Shown: positions 8,631 through 17,774 of the stretch, one piece after another
Position numbering within the stretch: the stretch's first letter is position 1
Layout of the letters: each line of letters begins with the position of its first letter
NCBI GenBank assembly: GCA_964363225.1
Contig: CAYIIH010000002.1
Span: 28,880 to 92,879, forward strand
Direction of reading: 5' to 3'
Length of the DNA: 64,000 nt
DNA from: an uncultured Verrucomicrobiota bacterium
GTDB taxonomy: Bacteria; Verrucomicrobiota; Verrucomicrobiia; Limisphaerales; CAYIIH01
The notes under the pieces: generated by a model
Database searches by the model: none
What the model saw: only the letters and a program-made list of their open reading frames with translations
Told to the model about the DNA's origin: nothing
Position numbers and translations under genes: made by a program

Positions 8631-11600
8631 TCACAAGTTCCGGCCGCAGCATTGTTTGTACTTTTTGCCGCTGCCACAAGGGCAGGGATCATTGCGGCCG
8701 ACTTTGGGGCCGGAGCGGACCGGCTTGGCCTTGGCGAGGGCTTCCGAGGCTTCGCTGACCATGTCGCTGGCTTTGGCCGGAGCGGCGGACTGGCTCTGGC
8801 CAAAGGCGCTCGTTTCATGGTGGACCGTCCGCTGGGGGAGCGTATGCAGGAACTGCTCAAAGGCCATCAGACTGGATGCGCTGCGGAAGATGTTGTGGCA
8901 AATCTCGGTTTTGATGTTGACCATCAATTCCTCGAAGATCTTGAAGGCCTCGGCTTTGTATTCAATGAGCGGGTCGCGCTGGCCATAAGCGCGCAGGCCA
9001 ATGCTGTTCCGCAGACTGTCCATGCCATACAAGTGCTCCTGCCAGAGCTTGTCGATCGCGCTCAGGATCGTATAACGCTCGACTTCCTTGAGCGCTTCTG
9101 GATTCTCGAAGCTGACCTTGAGTTTGTAGGCGTCGCGAATGTGCTGGGAAATGAACTGGCAGACGGAAAACTGGGCGGCATTGAGGCCGTCAAAGACCGA
9201 GCCGGGCACTGGGAGTTCATTGCCCGCGTGGGCGGCTTTGATGAGTTCGCCTTCGGGCAGACCCAGCGGGAAGTTCAGGTTCACCCAATCGGCCAGGGCG
9301 CGGACGTTCCACTCCTGCACATCGCTGTCGGCGGCGGTGAACTGCTCGGTTTTCTGGATGACGACCTCCTCCATGATGTCCATGAGCCGGTCCTGCACAT
9401 CGTCGGCGCGGATGATGTCGTTGCGGAAACCATAAATGATTTCGCGCTGTTTGTTCATGACATCGTCGTACTCGAGGGTCCGCTTGCGGATTTGGAAATT
9501 GTGCTGCTCGACTCGTTTCTGGGCGGTTTCGATGGAGCGGTTAAGCAAGGGATGCTCCAATTCCTGGCCTTCCTCGAGACCCACTCTTTCCATGACCTTG
9601 ACGATGCGGTCCGAGCCGAAGAGCCGCATCAAATCATCTTCCAGGGCAATGAAGAAGTGCGAGGAACCGGGATCGCCCTGGCGCGCACAACGGCCGCGCA
9701 ACTGGCGGTCAATGCGGCGGGCTTCATGCCGTTCCGTGCCGATGACGTGCAAGCCGCCCAGATCGGGCACGCCCGGTCCCAGTTTGATGTCGGTGCCGCG
9801 GCCGGCCATGTTGGTCGCAATCGTCACCGAGCCTCTTTGGCCGGCCCGGGCCACGATTTCGGCTTCTTGCTCATGGTACTTGGCGTTGAGGACGGAATGG
9901 ATGATGCCGGCTTTTTTCAGCATGCGCGACAGGTGTTCGCTGACCTCCACCGAGATGGTGCCGACCAGCATCGGGCGTCCCTGCTGGTGAATCGTTTGGA
10001 TTTCCTTCAGGACGGCGTTGAATTTCTCGCGCTTCGTTTTATAGACGGTGTCATGCGCGTCGTTGCGCCGCACCGGCTTATTGGTGGGGATGACGAGGAC
10101 GCCGAGCTTGTAGATATCAAAAAACTCACTGGCTTCCGTCTCGGCCGTGCCGGTCATGCCGGCGAGCTTTTGATAAAGGCGGAAGTAATTCTGGATGGTG
10201 ATGGTGGCGTAGGTCTGCGTTTCGGCCTCAACGGCCACTCCCTCCTTGGCTTCCACGGCCTGGTGCAAGCCGTCGCTCCAGCGGCGCCCGGTCATGAGCC
10301 GTCCGGTGTTTTCATCGACAATAATGACTTTATTGCCCTGGATGACGTACTGCACGTCTTTCTGGTACAGGCAGTAGGCTTTGAGCAGTTGCGAGATGCA
10401 ATGGATGCGCAGCGCTTTTTCTTCGAAGTCAACCTGCAATTTCGTCTTGGCTTCCAGGCGCTTGCGCACGTCGGGCTCCGGCCCGGTGTCAATTTCGTGA
10501 AACGCCGTGATCAGATCGGGCAGCATGAAGGCATCCGGGTCTTTCGGGCTGAGGAGATTGCGCCCTTTCTCGGACAAATCGGCCTCGTGGCCTTTTTCGT
10601 CGATGGCAAAGAAGAGAGCTTCCTTTTGCTCGTAGAGGAGTTTCTTGGATTGCTCAGCGTGCAACTCCAGCTCGGCCCGGTTCATCCGCCGGAGGTTTTC
10701 CGGGTCCTCCAGGAGCTTGAGCAGACCTTCGGATTTGGGCTGGCCGAGCTTCACCCGGTAGAGCAACAAACCGATTTCATTCTCCAGGGCTTCCGGGTTG
10801 GCCGGGTTCGAGCCGTCTTCCGGCTGCAACTGGCGGATGAGTTCTACCGCCTCGCTCAGAAAACGATTGCACAAACTTTCCTGGGTGTGGACCAGCGATT
10901 CGACAGGGGGCTTGAATTGATCAAACTTGTTATCCACGCTCACCACCGCCGGGCCGCTGATGATGAGGGGCGTGCGCGCTTCGTCAATGAGAATGGAGTC
11001 CACCTCGTCCACGATGGCGTAATAGTGGCCTCGCTGCACCTGCTCTTCCTGGCGCGTGGCCATGCCGTTATCCCGCAAATAATCGAATCCGAACTCGGCA
11101 TTGGTGCCGTAGGTAATGTCGCAGGCGTATTGCTCGCGGCGCACGGAAGGAGGCTGGTCGTGAAGAATGCAGCCGACCGTCAAACCAAGAAAGCGATAGA
11201 TGGCGCCCATCCATTCACTGTCGCGCGCGGCGAGATAATCGTTCACCGTCACGATATGCACCCCCCGGCCGGAGAGAGCATTCAGATAAACCGGGAGGGT
11301 GGCAACCAACGTTTTGCCTTCGCCGGTGGCCATTTCAGCGATTCTTCCGGTGTGCAGGGCCATTCCGCCAATGAGTTGCACATCAAACGGGATCATCTCC
11401 CAGATCAACGGATGGCCTCGGACGATGATTTCCTGGCCCCAACGGCGGCGGCAGGCGTTTTTGACGACGGCGAAGGCCTCGGGCAGGATTTCGTTCAGGG
11501 TCTTGGCCAGTTCCGCGTTGTCCTCGATGGTCGAAAGGCGCGCCTTCCAATCGGCCGTCTTTTTTCTCAGATCATCGTCGGATAACGACTGGAGCGACGC

Positions 11601-11696
11601 TTCGATCTCATTGATCCTGACCACCATAGGCCGCATCCTTTTGACTTCACGGTCGTTCTTCGAGCCGATGAGTTTCCTAATGATAAAGCCGATCAT
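8631..11696 (-). CDS. secA: preprotein translocase ATPase SecA
   Basis: 1021 aa. Motor motifs MATGEGKTLVATLP and TNMAGRGTDIKLG are present, with the C-terminal zinc finger CPCGSGKKYKQCCG. Confidence 0.97.
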   Translation of the reverse strand: MIGFIIRKLIGSKNDREVKRMRPMVVRINEIEASLQSLSDDDLRKKTADWKARLSTIEDNAELAKTLNEILPEAFAVVKNACRRRWGQEIIVRGHPLIWEMIPFDVQLIGGMALHTGRIAEMATGEGKTLVATLPVYLNALSGRGVHIVTVNDYLAARDSEWMGAIYRFLGLTVGCILHDQPPSVRREQYACDITYGTNAEFGFDYLRDNGMATRQEEQVQRGHYYAIVDEVDSILIDEARTPLIISGPAVVSVDNKFDQFKPPVESLVHTQESLCNRFLSEAVELIRQLQPEDGSNPANPEALENEIGLLLYRVKLGQPKSEGLLKLLEDPENLRRMNRAELELHAEQSKKLLYEQKEALFFAIDEKGHEADLSEKGRNLLSPKDPDAFMLPDLITAFHEIDTGPEPDVRKRLEAKTKLQVDFEEKALRIHCISQLLKAYCLYQKDVQYVIQGNKVIIVDENTGRLMTGRRWSDGLHQAVEAKEGVAVEAETQTYATITIQNYFRLYQKLAGMTGTAETEASEFFDIYKLGVLVIPTNKPVRRNDAHDTVYKTKREKFNAVLKEIQTIHQQGRPMLVGTISVEVSEHLSRMLKKAGIIHSVLNAKYHEQEAEIVARAGQRGSVTIATNMAGRGTDIKLGPGVPDLGGLHVIGTERHEARRIDRQLRGRCARQGDPGSSHFFIALEDDLMRLFGSDRIVKVMERVGLEEGQELEHPLLNRSIETAQKRVEQHNFQIRKRTLEYDDVMNKQREIIYGFRNDIIRADDVQDRLMDIMEEVVIQKTEQFTAADSDVQEWNVRALADWVNLNFPLGLPEGELIKAAHAGNELPVPGSVFDGLNAAQFSVCQFISQHIRDAYKLKVSFENPEALKEVERYTILSAIDKLWQEHLYGMDSLRNSIGLRAYGQRDPLIEYKAEAFKIFEELMVNIKTEICHNIFRSASSLMAFEQFLHTLPQRTVHHETSAFGQSQSAAPAKASDMVSEASEALAKAKPVRSGPKVGRNDPCPCGSGKKYKQCCGRNL

Positions 11697-11705
11697 GTTA
11701 TCATG

Positions 11706-13610
11706 CTATTTTCCAATGCCAGCGGGCGCCAAGGATGGCCGGCCAGCCATGCCCCGTTCCTCGGAACGAAGACTGGCCCAATATCGTTCGGGCAACATGC
11801 CCAGGCCCATGATGACCGCCTGGCTGGCCACGAACACCATCAACCACAGAAAAGCTTGGTCCATGAAACCATAGGAGTGAAGCCCAACCCCCAGCATATT
11901 GACGCCGAACCAGGAGAAACTGGTCACAATATTGCCGAACACCGTCATGGCCATCAGGCCGCGCTCCCGGAGCAAGCCGCCCCAGTGCACGTGCAGAATA
12001 ATTGCGTTCCAGAGGACAATCAGCAGCGCGCCGTTTTCCTTCGGATCCCATCCCCAAAAACGCCCCCAGGATTGATCCGCCCATATACCGCCCAGGATGG
12101 TGCCGACAAAACTGAACAAGGTGGCGAAACAGACGATCCCATAAACCATTCGGACCAGCGCCTGGCGGGTGGCACTGCCCAGGCTGCGGGTGAAAACGCC
12201 GCGCAAAATATAGACCACGGCCAGGAACCCGCCCACAAAGGTCGAAGCATAGCCCAAGGTGATCACCACCACATGGGTGGCCAGCCAGAAATTCGTGTCC
12301 AACACCGCGCGCAGCATTTCCATCGTATCGCCGTCCAGGGACAAGTTATGGGCGACCACCAAGCTGAGAAAACCAATGCAAGCAGCCGTCACGTTGCCGA
12401 TGCCGTCGCGGTAGATGCGTTCCAAAACCAGCCCTAAAATTACCGCGCCCCAGCCGACAAAGATCGCTGAGGAATAGAGGTTCGTCACAGGTGGGCGGCC
12501 TTCCAGGACCATGCGAAAAATCACACCGGAGGTGTGAACGACCAAGGCCAGCACAGCCAAATAGAAAGCCGAGCGGTTGAGCCAGGGTGATAGTTTCAAC
12601 CAAAAAGCGCAGGCCAAGAGAAAGGCCGTCAGGTAGAGCACGATGCTTTTGTAGAACGGCTGGTAACCATTGTAGAAAAACTCGCGCCGGCCCTTGTTCA
12701 GTTCGAGGTCGAACTTCTTCTCCGCCAGCCACTGCTGATAGTCGTCCACGGCCTTGTTAAACTCGGACGGCTGGCCGTGGCGATAGGCGGAGGCCATGGC
12801 GGCGTAGCGCGCGACGGCAGGATGGATTTGACCGGTGCGCGCCGATTCCAGCAAGCTGGCGCCGACATTGATCCAGTTCTCCCGGGTGTGTTCGGCCTCC
12901 TGCGGCGGGACCATGAGGGGGTAGGCAAACCGGGTCATGGCCTCATATTGGCCGAGTAATTCCAGGAGGCGATCGAAGGCTTTTTGATCGAACTCCTTCC
13001 CGGCTTCCCGGGCCCGGACGGCCGCCACGCCGGGGGCAATGCTCTGCTGGAACGCTTCGAGTTCCCGCGCGAAATCCTCCGATTCAGCCGGGCGCAGGCT
13101 GACCTTGAGCCGTTGGTACAAGGTGAGCGCGTGGTAGAGTTTCATCAGTTGCTTCTCGAAAGTCGTGCGCAATTGCGGGTCGGATTTCTTGGTCCGCTCC
13201 GCTTCGCTGATGCGTTCGGCCTGCTTGCCGATTTCCTCCAGTTGCGCTTGAAGCTGGTGGTAGGAAAAATGTTTTTCAGTTTCCGGCAGGCGCAGGAGGC
13301 CGAGCAATTCCGGGTGATCGATGCGGAAGACTTTCCGCTCGTCGGCCAGTTCCGGCTTCATCAGGACTTCGAGCAACCATTCCGAGGCCGGGAGTTTCTT
13401 CCCGTTTTCCAGCGCCACAGTCTGTTTGCCGCGCATGACCAGCAGCGCATTGCGGCCCACGGAATCGAGCGGCTGAATGCGCCCGTTCAAAAGCACGGGC
13501 AGCGTTCCGAATTCACGAATGTGAAATTCTTTTTCCGGCTTCGGCCGCAGCGCAGAGAGAATCCACACCGCGAAAAATCCCGTGACAATCCAGGGCAGCC
13601 ATTTCTTCAT
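11706..13610 (-). CDS. ccsA: System II cytochrome c biogenesis protein CcsA/ResC with long N-terminal extension
   Basis: Start moved to ATG 13610 (MKKWLPW...), giving an ATGA overlap with the resB stop. The Trp-rich heme-handling motif WGRFWGWDPKENGALL lies in a polytopic C-terminal core. About 340 aa precede the core. Confidence 0.85.
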   Translation of the reverse strand: MKKWLPWIVTGFFAVWILSALRPKPEKEFHIREFGTLPVLLNGRIQPLDSVGRNALLVMRGKQTVALENGKKLPASEWLLEVLMKPELADERKVFRIDHPELLGLLRLPETEKHFSYHQLQAQLEEIGKQAERISEAERTKKSDPQLRTTFEKQLMKLYHALTLYQRLKVSLRPAESEDFARELEAFQQSIAPGVAAVRAREAGKEFDQKAFDRLLELLGQYEAMTRFAYPLMVPPQEAEHTRENWINVGASLLESARTGQIHPAVARYAAMASAYRHGQPSEFNKAVDDYQQWLAEKKFDLELNKGRREFFYNGYQPFYKSIVLYLTAFLLACAFWLKLSPWLNRSAFYLAVLALVVHTSGVIFRMVLEGRPPVTNLYSSAIFVGWGAVILGLVLERIYRDGIGNVTAACIGFLSLVVAHNLSLDGDTMEMLRAVLDTNFWLATHVVVITLGYASTFVGGFLAVVYILRGVFTRSLGSATRQALVRMVYGIVCFATLFSFVGTILGGIWADQSWGRFWGWDPKENGALLIVLWNAIILHVHWGGLLRERGLMAMTVFGNIVTSFSWFGVNMLGVGLHSYGFMDQAFLWLMVFVASQAVIMGLGMLPERYWASLRSEERGMAGRPSLAPAGIGK

Positions 13611-14758
13611 GCGGCCCTCCGTTTCGCGAACGAAATCAAATGCGACATAAATTGCACGGCCAGTCCCAGCCCAACCAGGCAACAGGACAAGTAGGGAGTC
13701 AGCCAGCTTGGGTTGCGGACGACTTGCAGGATGGAAACGCGCGGATCATTCTCATCGTAGCTGGCTTGATAATAGGTTTCGCCCCAGTAGCGCAGAGGGT
13801 TGTTCATGTAAATCAGCACTTCCCGGTCCTCGCCCGTCGCAGGGCGTTGCACCCGGATGCGGCTGGAAAAGTTCTTTGGGATCTCGGTGCCTTTGTATTT
13901 GTCATGCCGGAAATCCACCAGTTGAATGCTGAACGGCTTGTAAAATCGCGTGAATCGCAAGGCCATCTGATAACTCTTGCTCTCATGGGTGAACGTTTGA
14001 GGGGCATCCAGCCACGCGGAAACCAGCCAGGTGCCCAGCGAGGCCCCTTGCGCCGTCACCAACTCCACCAGCGCGCTCGGCAGGTTGCGCTCGTCCATGC
14101 GCACGGTAGGCTGCAATGGGATTAATTTCAACTGGGTGCCGACTCCCCGGGTCGCCGGCAGGGTTTCGCCGCCGGCGTTGGACAGGCGGTTGGTCAACGC
14201 TGAATTGGGGTAGTAATTCTTGATCCGGACCGTAAAAGGCAGCTTGCGGTTCGTAATCTCCTTTTGCCTGGCCAGAATTTTATCCGGTATCGCCACCACC
14301 TCATTGTATTCCGGATTCGAGACCTCAATCAGAGCCAGCTCGCTGGCTTGCTGGCTCAGCGAGTAGTCCTTCGCTTCCCCTTCGGTCAGCCGCATGGAGC
14401 TTTCCACCGACAAGAAGTCCGTCAACAATTGTCCCAGCAGCAGCAGAATCAGCCCCGCGTGAATGATGAAAATGCCGATTTTCTTCCGGCTGAAACTAAA
14501 CCGCTTGAGGTGCGCGGCGACGAGATTGACCAGCAGAACGCCGCCAATGAGGTAACCGCCGGGGAACACCGGGAGTTTCCAGCTTGCCCCGGGCAGCGAC
14601 CACCAAATCAAGAGACTCCGGAAATAGCGGTGCTGGGCGTTATAGAGTCCCTCATCCACCTGCGCCAGGGTCCCAACGAACACCAGCAGCGTCGCCAGAC
14701 TCAGGCAAACCACCGTGAGATGGAGCGAGGTCAGAATGTTGAGGAATTTCTTAGCCAT
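13607..14758 (-). CDS. resB: System II cytochrome c biogenesis protein ResB/CcsB
   Basis: Start moved to ATG 14758 (MAKKFLNILTSLHLTVVCLSL...). Topology is TM, large loop, then TMs. It sits immediately upstream of ccsA and overlaps it. Confidence 0.8.
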   Translation of the reverse strand: MAKKFLNILTSLHLTVVCLSLATLLVFVGTLAQVDEGLYNAQHRYFRSLLIWWSLPGASWKLPVFPGGYLIGGVLLVNLVAAHLKRFSFSRKKIGIFIIHAGLILLLLGQLLTDFLSVESSMRLTEGEAKDYSLSQQASELALIEVSNPEYNEVVAIPDKILARQKEITNRKLPFTVRIKNYYPNSALTNRLSNAGGETLPATRGVGTQLKLIPLQPTVRMDERNLPSALVELVTAQGASLGTWLVSAWLDAPQTFTHESKSYQMALRFTRFYKPFSIQLVDFRHDKYKGTEIPKNFSSRIRVQRPATGEDREVLIYMNNPLRYWGETYYQASYDENDPRVSILQVVRNPSWLTPYLSCCLVGLGLAVQFMSHLISFAKRRAA

Positions 14759-15881
14759 TCGGAAAACGGACGGATTGCACAAATTCAATAAACCCCTTTT
14801 TCTCCTGCTCGACGGCCGGCTCATCCCCTTTCATCTTAAAGAACCAAGTGCGCTCACCCTGGGGAACGATGGCGCCAACCAAGCGTGACTTCTGTCCGCT
14901 GTCTGGGTCCTTTCCAGTCACGTCCACTAACATGGCTTTAACGCCGCTGACGTCAAGCGGCATGAGCCCCTTCGACAGCTCAGCTTGATCGACCGGCGCG
15001 AGACTCACCTGGCTGCGCCAGCGATTCACATTGGCCAGCAGGCCTCCCACCTCTCCGGGAAAGGAACTGACGGTGACTTCGGCTTTCGTGCCGTCCTGGC
15101 CTTTGGCCAGAAACTTGGCCAGGAGCATTTGCGTCGGCGGCTGTTCCTGCCAGCCGGGAGGAACTTGCCAGGCCGGCTTGTCCGAGGCAGGATGCGGGCT
15201 TTCTTTAAGGTTGGTGCTGACCGGAGGATGGTTCGCCGCCAAATGCACGGCCTCGCTGCCGGCCTCAAATCTAATGGACTTGAGGAATTGCACGAAAACG
15301 GCCTTCCCCTGAGTCACCACCTCGTCCCGGCCGGACATCTTGAAAAACCAGGCGGCACCCTCCCGATCCATCCGGGCGACGATGATGCGCACCGGGTGTT
15401 TCTGGTCGAGGATCGGCTCTTTGCTGACCATATCGAAAAGTCGTCCCTCGGTTTCGCCGATGGCCACCTTCTCGGCCTGGAGCGCGACCGCTTCTTCGCC
15501 CAGCGGTTCCAAGCGGAGTTGCTCGCGCCACATGTTTACGACGTCGGCATTCCGGGCGGCCAAGCCCGGCATGGGGATGATCGCCACCTCGGCGTTTTGT
15601 CCGTCCGGGCCAGGAACGGCAAACGACGCGGCGCGCATGCGGCCGGCCGGTTTTTCCTCCCAGCCCTCCGGCAACGTCCACTTGACCGCCGGCGACCGGA
15701 CTTCGCCGTGTGGATCGGCGGCGGGTTTGGCTTCGGCTTTTTCCTTCGGAATTTGGTACTCGCTGACTTTGTTCTGGCCGCAGGCGGCCAGGAGGAGGAG
15801 CAGGGACGCAATAGCTCCTTGGCTGATCGAAGCCAAAGGGCCGGGTTGGGTGGACGGAGATTCTGGCGACATATACATCAC
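14751..15881 (-). CDS. lipoprotein with internal two-domain duplication, coupled to resB
   Basis: Lipobox LLLLAAC. Two homologous halves are visible: KWTLPEGWEEKP...AEVAII...NMWREQLRLEP...WFFKMSG...FVQFLKSIRF versus AWQVPPGWQEQP...AEVTVS...NVNRWRSQVSLAP...WFFKMKG...FIEFVQSVRF. Its stop overlaps the resB start by 8 nt. Confidence 0.7.
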   Translation of the reverse strand: MMYMSPESPSTQPGPLASISQGAIASLLLLLAACGQNKVSEYQIPKEKAEAKPAADPHGEVRSPAVKWTLPEGWEEKPAGRMRAASFAVPGPDGQNAEVAIIPMPGLAARNADVVNMWREQLRLEPLGEEAVALQAEKVAIGETEGRLFDMVSKEPILDQKHPVRIIVARMDREGAAWFFKMSGRDEVVTQGKAVFVQFLKSIRFEAGSEAVHLAANHPPVSTNLKESPHPASDKPAWQVPPGWQEQPPTQMLLAKFLAKGQDGTKAEVTVSSFPGEVGGLLANVNRWRSQVSLAPVDQAELSKGLMPLDVSGVKAMLVDVTGKDPDSGQKSRLVGAIVPQGERTWFFKMKGDEPAVEQEKKGFIEFVQSVRFPNG

Positions 15882-15994
15882 GGTAGTTGGTGGTTCAGTG
15901 GACGCGCAAATAAAATAGCCTTTCTTTGGTGAGAGCTGCGGCCATAAAGGGCCGGGGCAGAAAAAGGGCCTTGAGTTTCGGCAGGCGCTCTCTC

Positions 15995-17620
15995 TTATCC
16001 CATTCCCACGGAGAGCAGGAATTCGACGTTGCTCCGGGTCTTCTTCAGCTTGTTCAGCATCAATTCCATGGCTTCCACCGGAGGAACGCCGGTCAAGGCG
16101 CGCCGCAGAAGGACGACCCGGTTGTACTCATCCGGGTGGTAAAGCAGCTCTTCCTTGCGCGTGCCGGACAGCTCGATGTTGATGGATGGGAAAATGCGGC
16201 GGTCCACCAAATGCCGGTCCAGACACACCTCCATGTTGCCGGTGCCTTTGAACTCCTCAAAAATCACTTCGTCCATGCGCGAACCGGTATCGACCAGCGC
16301 CGTGGCGATGATGGTCAGGGAACCGCCTTCCTCGATATTGCGGGCCGCGCCAAAGAACCGCTTCGGCTTGTGCAGGGCGTTGGCATCCACGCCGCCGGAC
16401 AGAATCTTCCCCGAATGCGGCTGGACCGTGTTGTAGGCGCGGGCCAGGCGCGTGATGGAGTCCAGGAGAATGACCACGTCCTTCTTGTGCTCGACCATGC
16501 GTTTGGCCTTTTCGATGACCATCTCGGCCACTTGCACATGGCGCTCCGGCGGTTCGTCAAAGGTGGAGCTGATGACTTCCGCCGGTTTGCAGGAGCGTTC
16601 CATGTCCGTCACTTCCTCCGGCCGTTCGTCGATCAACAGAATAAACAGGTACGCTTCGGGATTGTTTTTCAGAATGGCGTTGGCCAGTTTCTGCATCAAC
16701 ACTGTTTTGCCGGTGCGCGGTGGCGCGACAATCAATCCGCGGCTCCCTTTCCCGATGGGACAGACTAAATCCAGAACGCGCGTGGACAATTCATCCTGCA
16801 CGGTTTCCAGGAGCAATCGTTTGTTGGGAAAGAGCGGCGTCAGGTTGTCAAAATGCGTTTTATCCTTGGCCTTGTCCGGGTCTTCTTTTGCGACCGCCTC
16901 GACTTTGAGCAAGGCGAAAAAGCGCTCCTTTTCTTTGGGCGGGCGGATTTGCCCAGCCACCAAATCGCCCGTTTGCAGGTCGAACCGGCGGATTTGGGAG
17001 GGCGAGACATAGATGTCCTCGGGGCACGGCAGGTAATTGAAGCTTTGGGAGCGGAGAAAGCCGAAGCCTTCCGGGAGAATCTCCAAGACACCCTCCGAGA
17101 AGAGAATGCCGCTCCGTTCCGCATTCTTTTGCAGGATTTGGAAAATCACCTCGTGCTTCTTCATCGTCCCGAAGTTCTCGATGCCCATCTCCTTGGCCAT
17201 CAGGTTCAACTCGCCCATGGACATGGCTTGCAGTTGGGTGATGTTGATCGTAGTGACCGTGGCATCAATGTCGGCCGGAACCGGCGGCTCTTTGTGCTTC
17301 GGAGCCGCCTTGGCTTGCCCTTTGGATGTTCCCCTTTTGGGGGGTGCCGCCGGTTCGGGCGCCAGCGGCGCCGGCGCCTCTTCGGGAGGGGCGGCGGTCG
17401 TGGCGACAGTCTCGGAGGCCGTCTCGGCTGCGGTTTCGGTGGCCATTTGGGTCGCCGTCTCGGTTGCCGGAGAGACGGATGATTCTTCCGGCGGCGGAGC
17501 GGCCGGCATTTCAGCGACGGCCGTGACGGCGATCGTTTCTTCAATCTGGGGTTCCGCCGCCTTCACTTTGGCTTTGGAGGCCTTTGGCTTGGCCACGGTT
17601 TTCTTTGTCGGTTTTGCCAT
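15995..17620 (-). CDS. rho: transcription termination factor Rho with low-complexity N-terminal extension
   Basis: [19 protein letters not shown] Walker A and a Rho RNA-binding region (EGFGFLR) are present. About 130 aa of Ala/Pro/Glu/Thr/Lys-rich sequence precede the Rho_N helix ([18 protein letters not shown]). Confidence 0.95.
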   Translation of the reverse strand: MAKPTKKTVAKPKASKAKVKAAEPQIEETIAVTAVAEMPAAPPPEESSVSPATETATQMATETAAETASETVATTAAPPEEAPAPLAPEPAAPPKRGTSKGQAKAAPKHKEPPVPADIDATVTTINITQLQAMSMGELNLMAKEMGIENFGTMKKHEVIFQILQKNAERSGILFSEGVLEILPEGFGFLRSQSFNYLPCPEDIYVSPSQIRRFDLQTGDLVAGQIRPPKEKERFFALLKVEAVAKEDPDKAKDKTHFDNLTPLFPNKRLLLETVQDELSTRVLDLVCPIGKGSRGLIVAPPRTGKTVLMQKLANAILKNNPEAYLFILLIDERPEEVTDMERSCKPAEVISSTFDEPPERHVQVAEMVIEKAKRMVEHKKDVVILLDSITRLARAYNTVQPHSGKILSGGVDANALHKPKRFFGAARNIEEGGSLTIIATALVDTGSRMDEVIFEEFKGTGNMEVCLDRHLVDRRIFPSINIELSGTRKEELLYHPDEYNRVVLLRRALTGVPPVEAMELMLNKLKKTRSNVEFLLSVGMG

Positions 17621-17774
17621 AAAATATACTGGGTTAAAATGATCAAGCTTAGGCAGACACAGAGTCCGGCAAGGGGCCTGGGGAGCGACCTGACCTTCGT
17701 CTAAGTGCCTGATTTCATCCCGACCTAAGCAGTTCTAAACCGGGATGTTTTCCAGGAGCGATTCTGCTCCAAAA

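Noticed and set aside
8652-11585. 977-aa + ORF opposite secA, and similar long antisense ORFs (22315..24282 -, 31923..33365 +, 17808..18734 +, 18735..20042 +, 33911..34612 +, 52499..53659 +, 56100..56915 +)
   Set aside because: Each lies antisense to a gene with unmistakable family motifs (SecA, UxuA-like, PurF, SHMT fusion, PurL, TPR-peptidase, kinase). Their translations are low-complexity G/A/R/V/D/H-rich. They are high-GC shadow ORFs.
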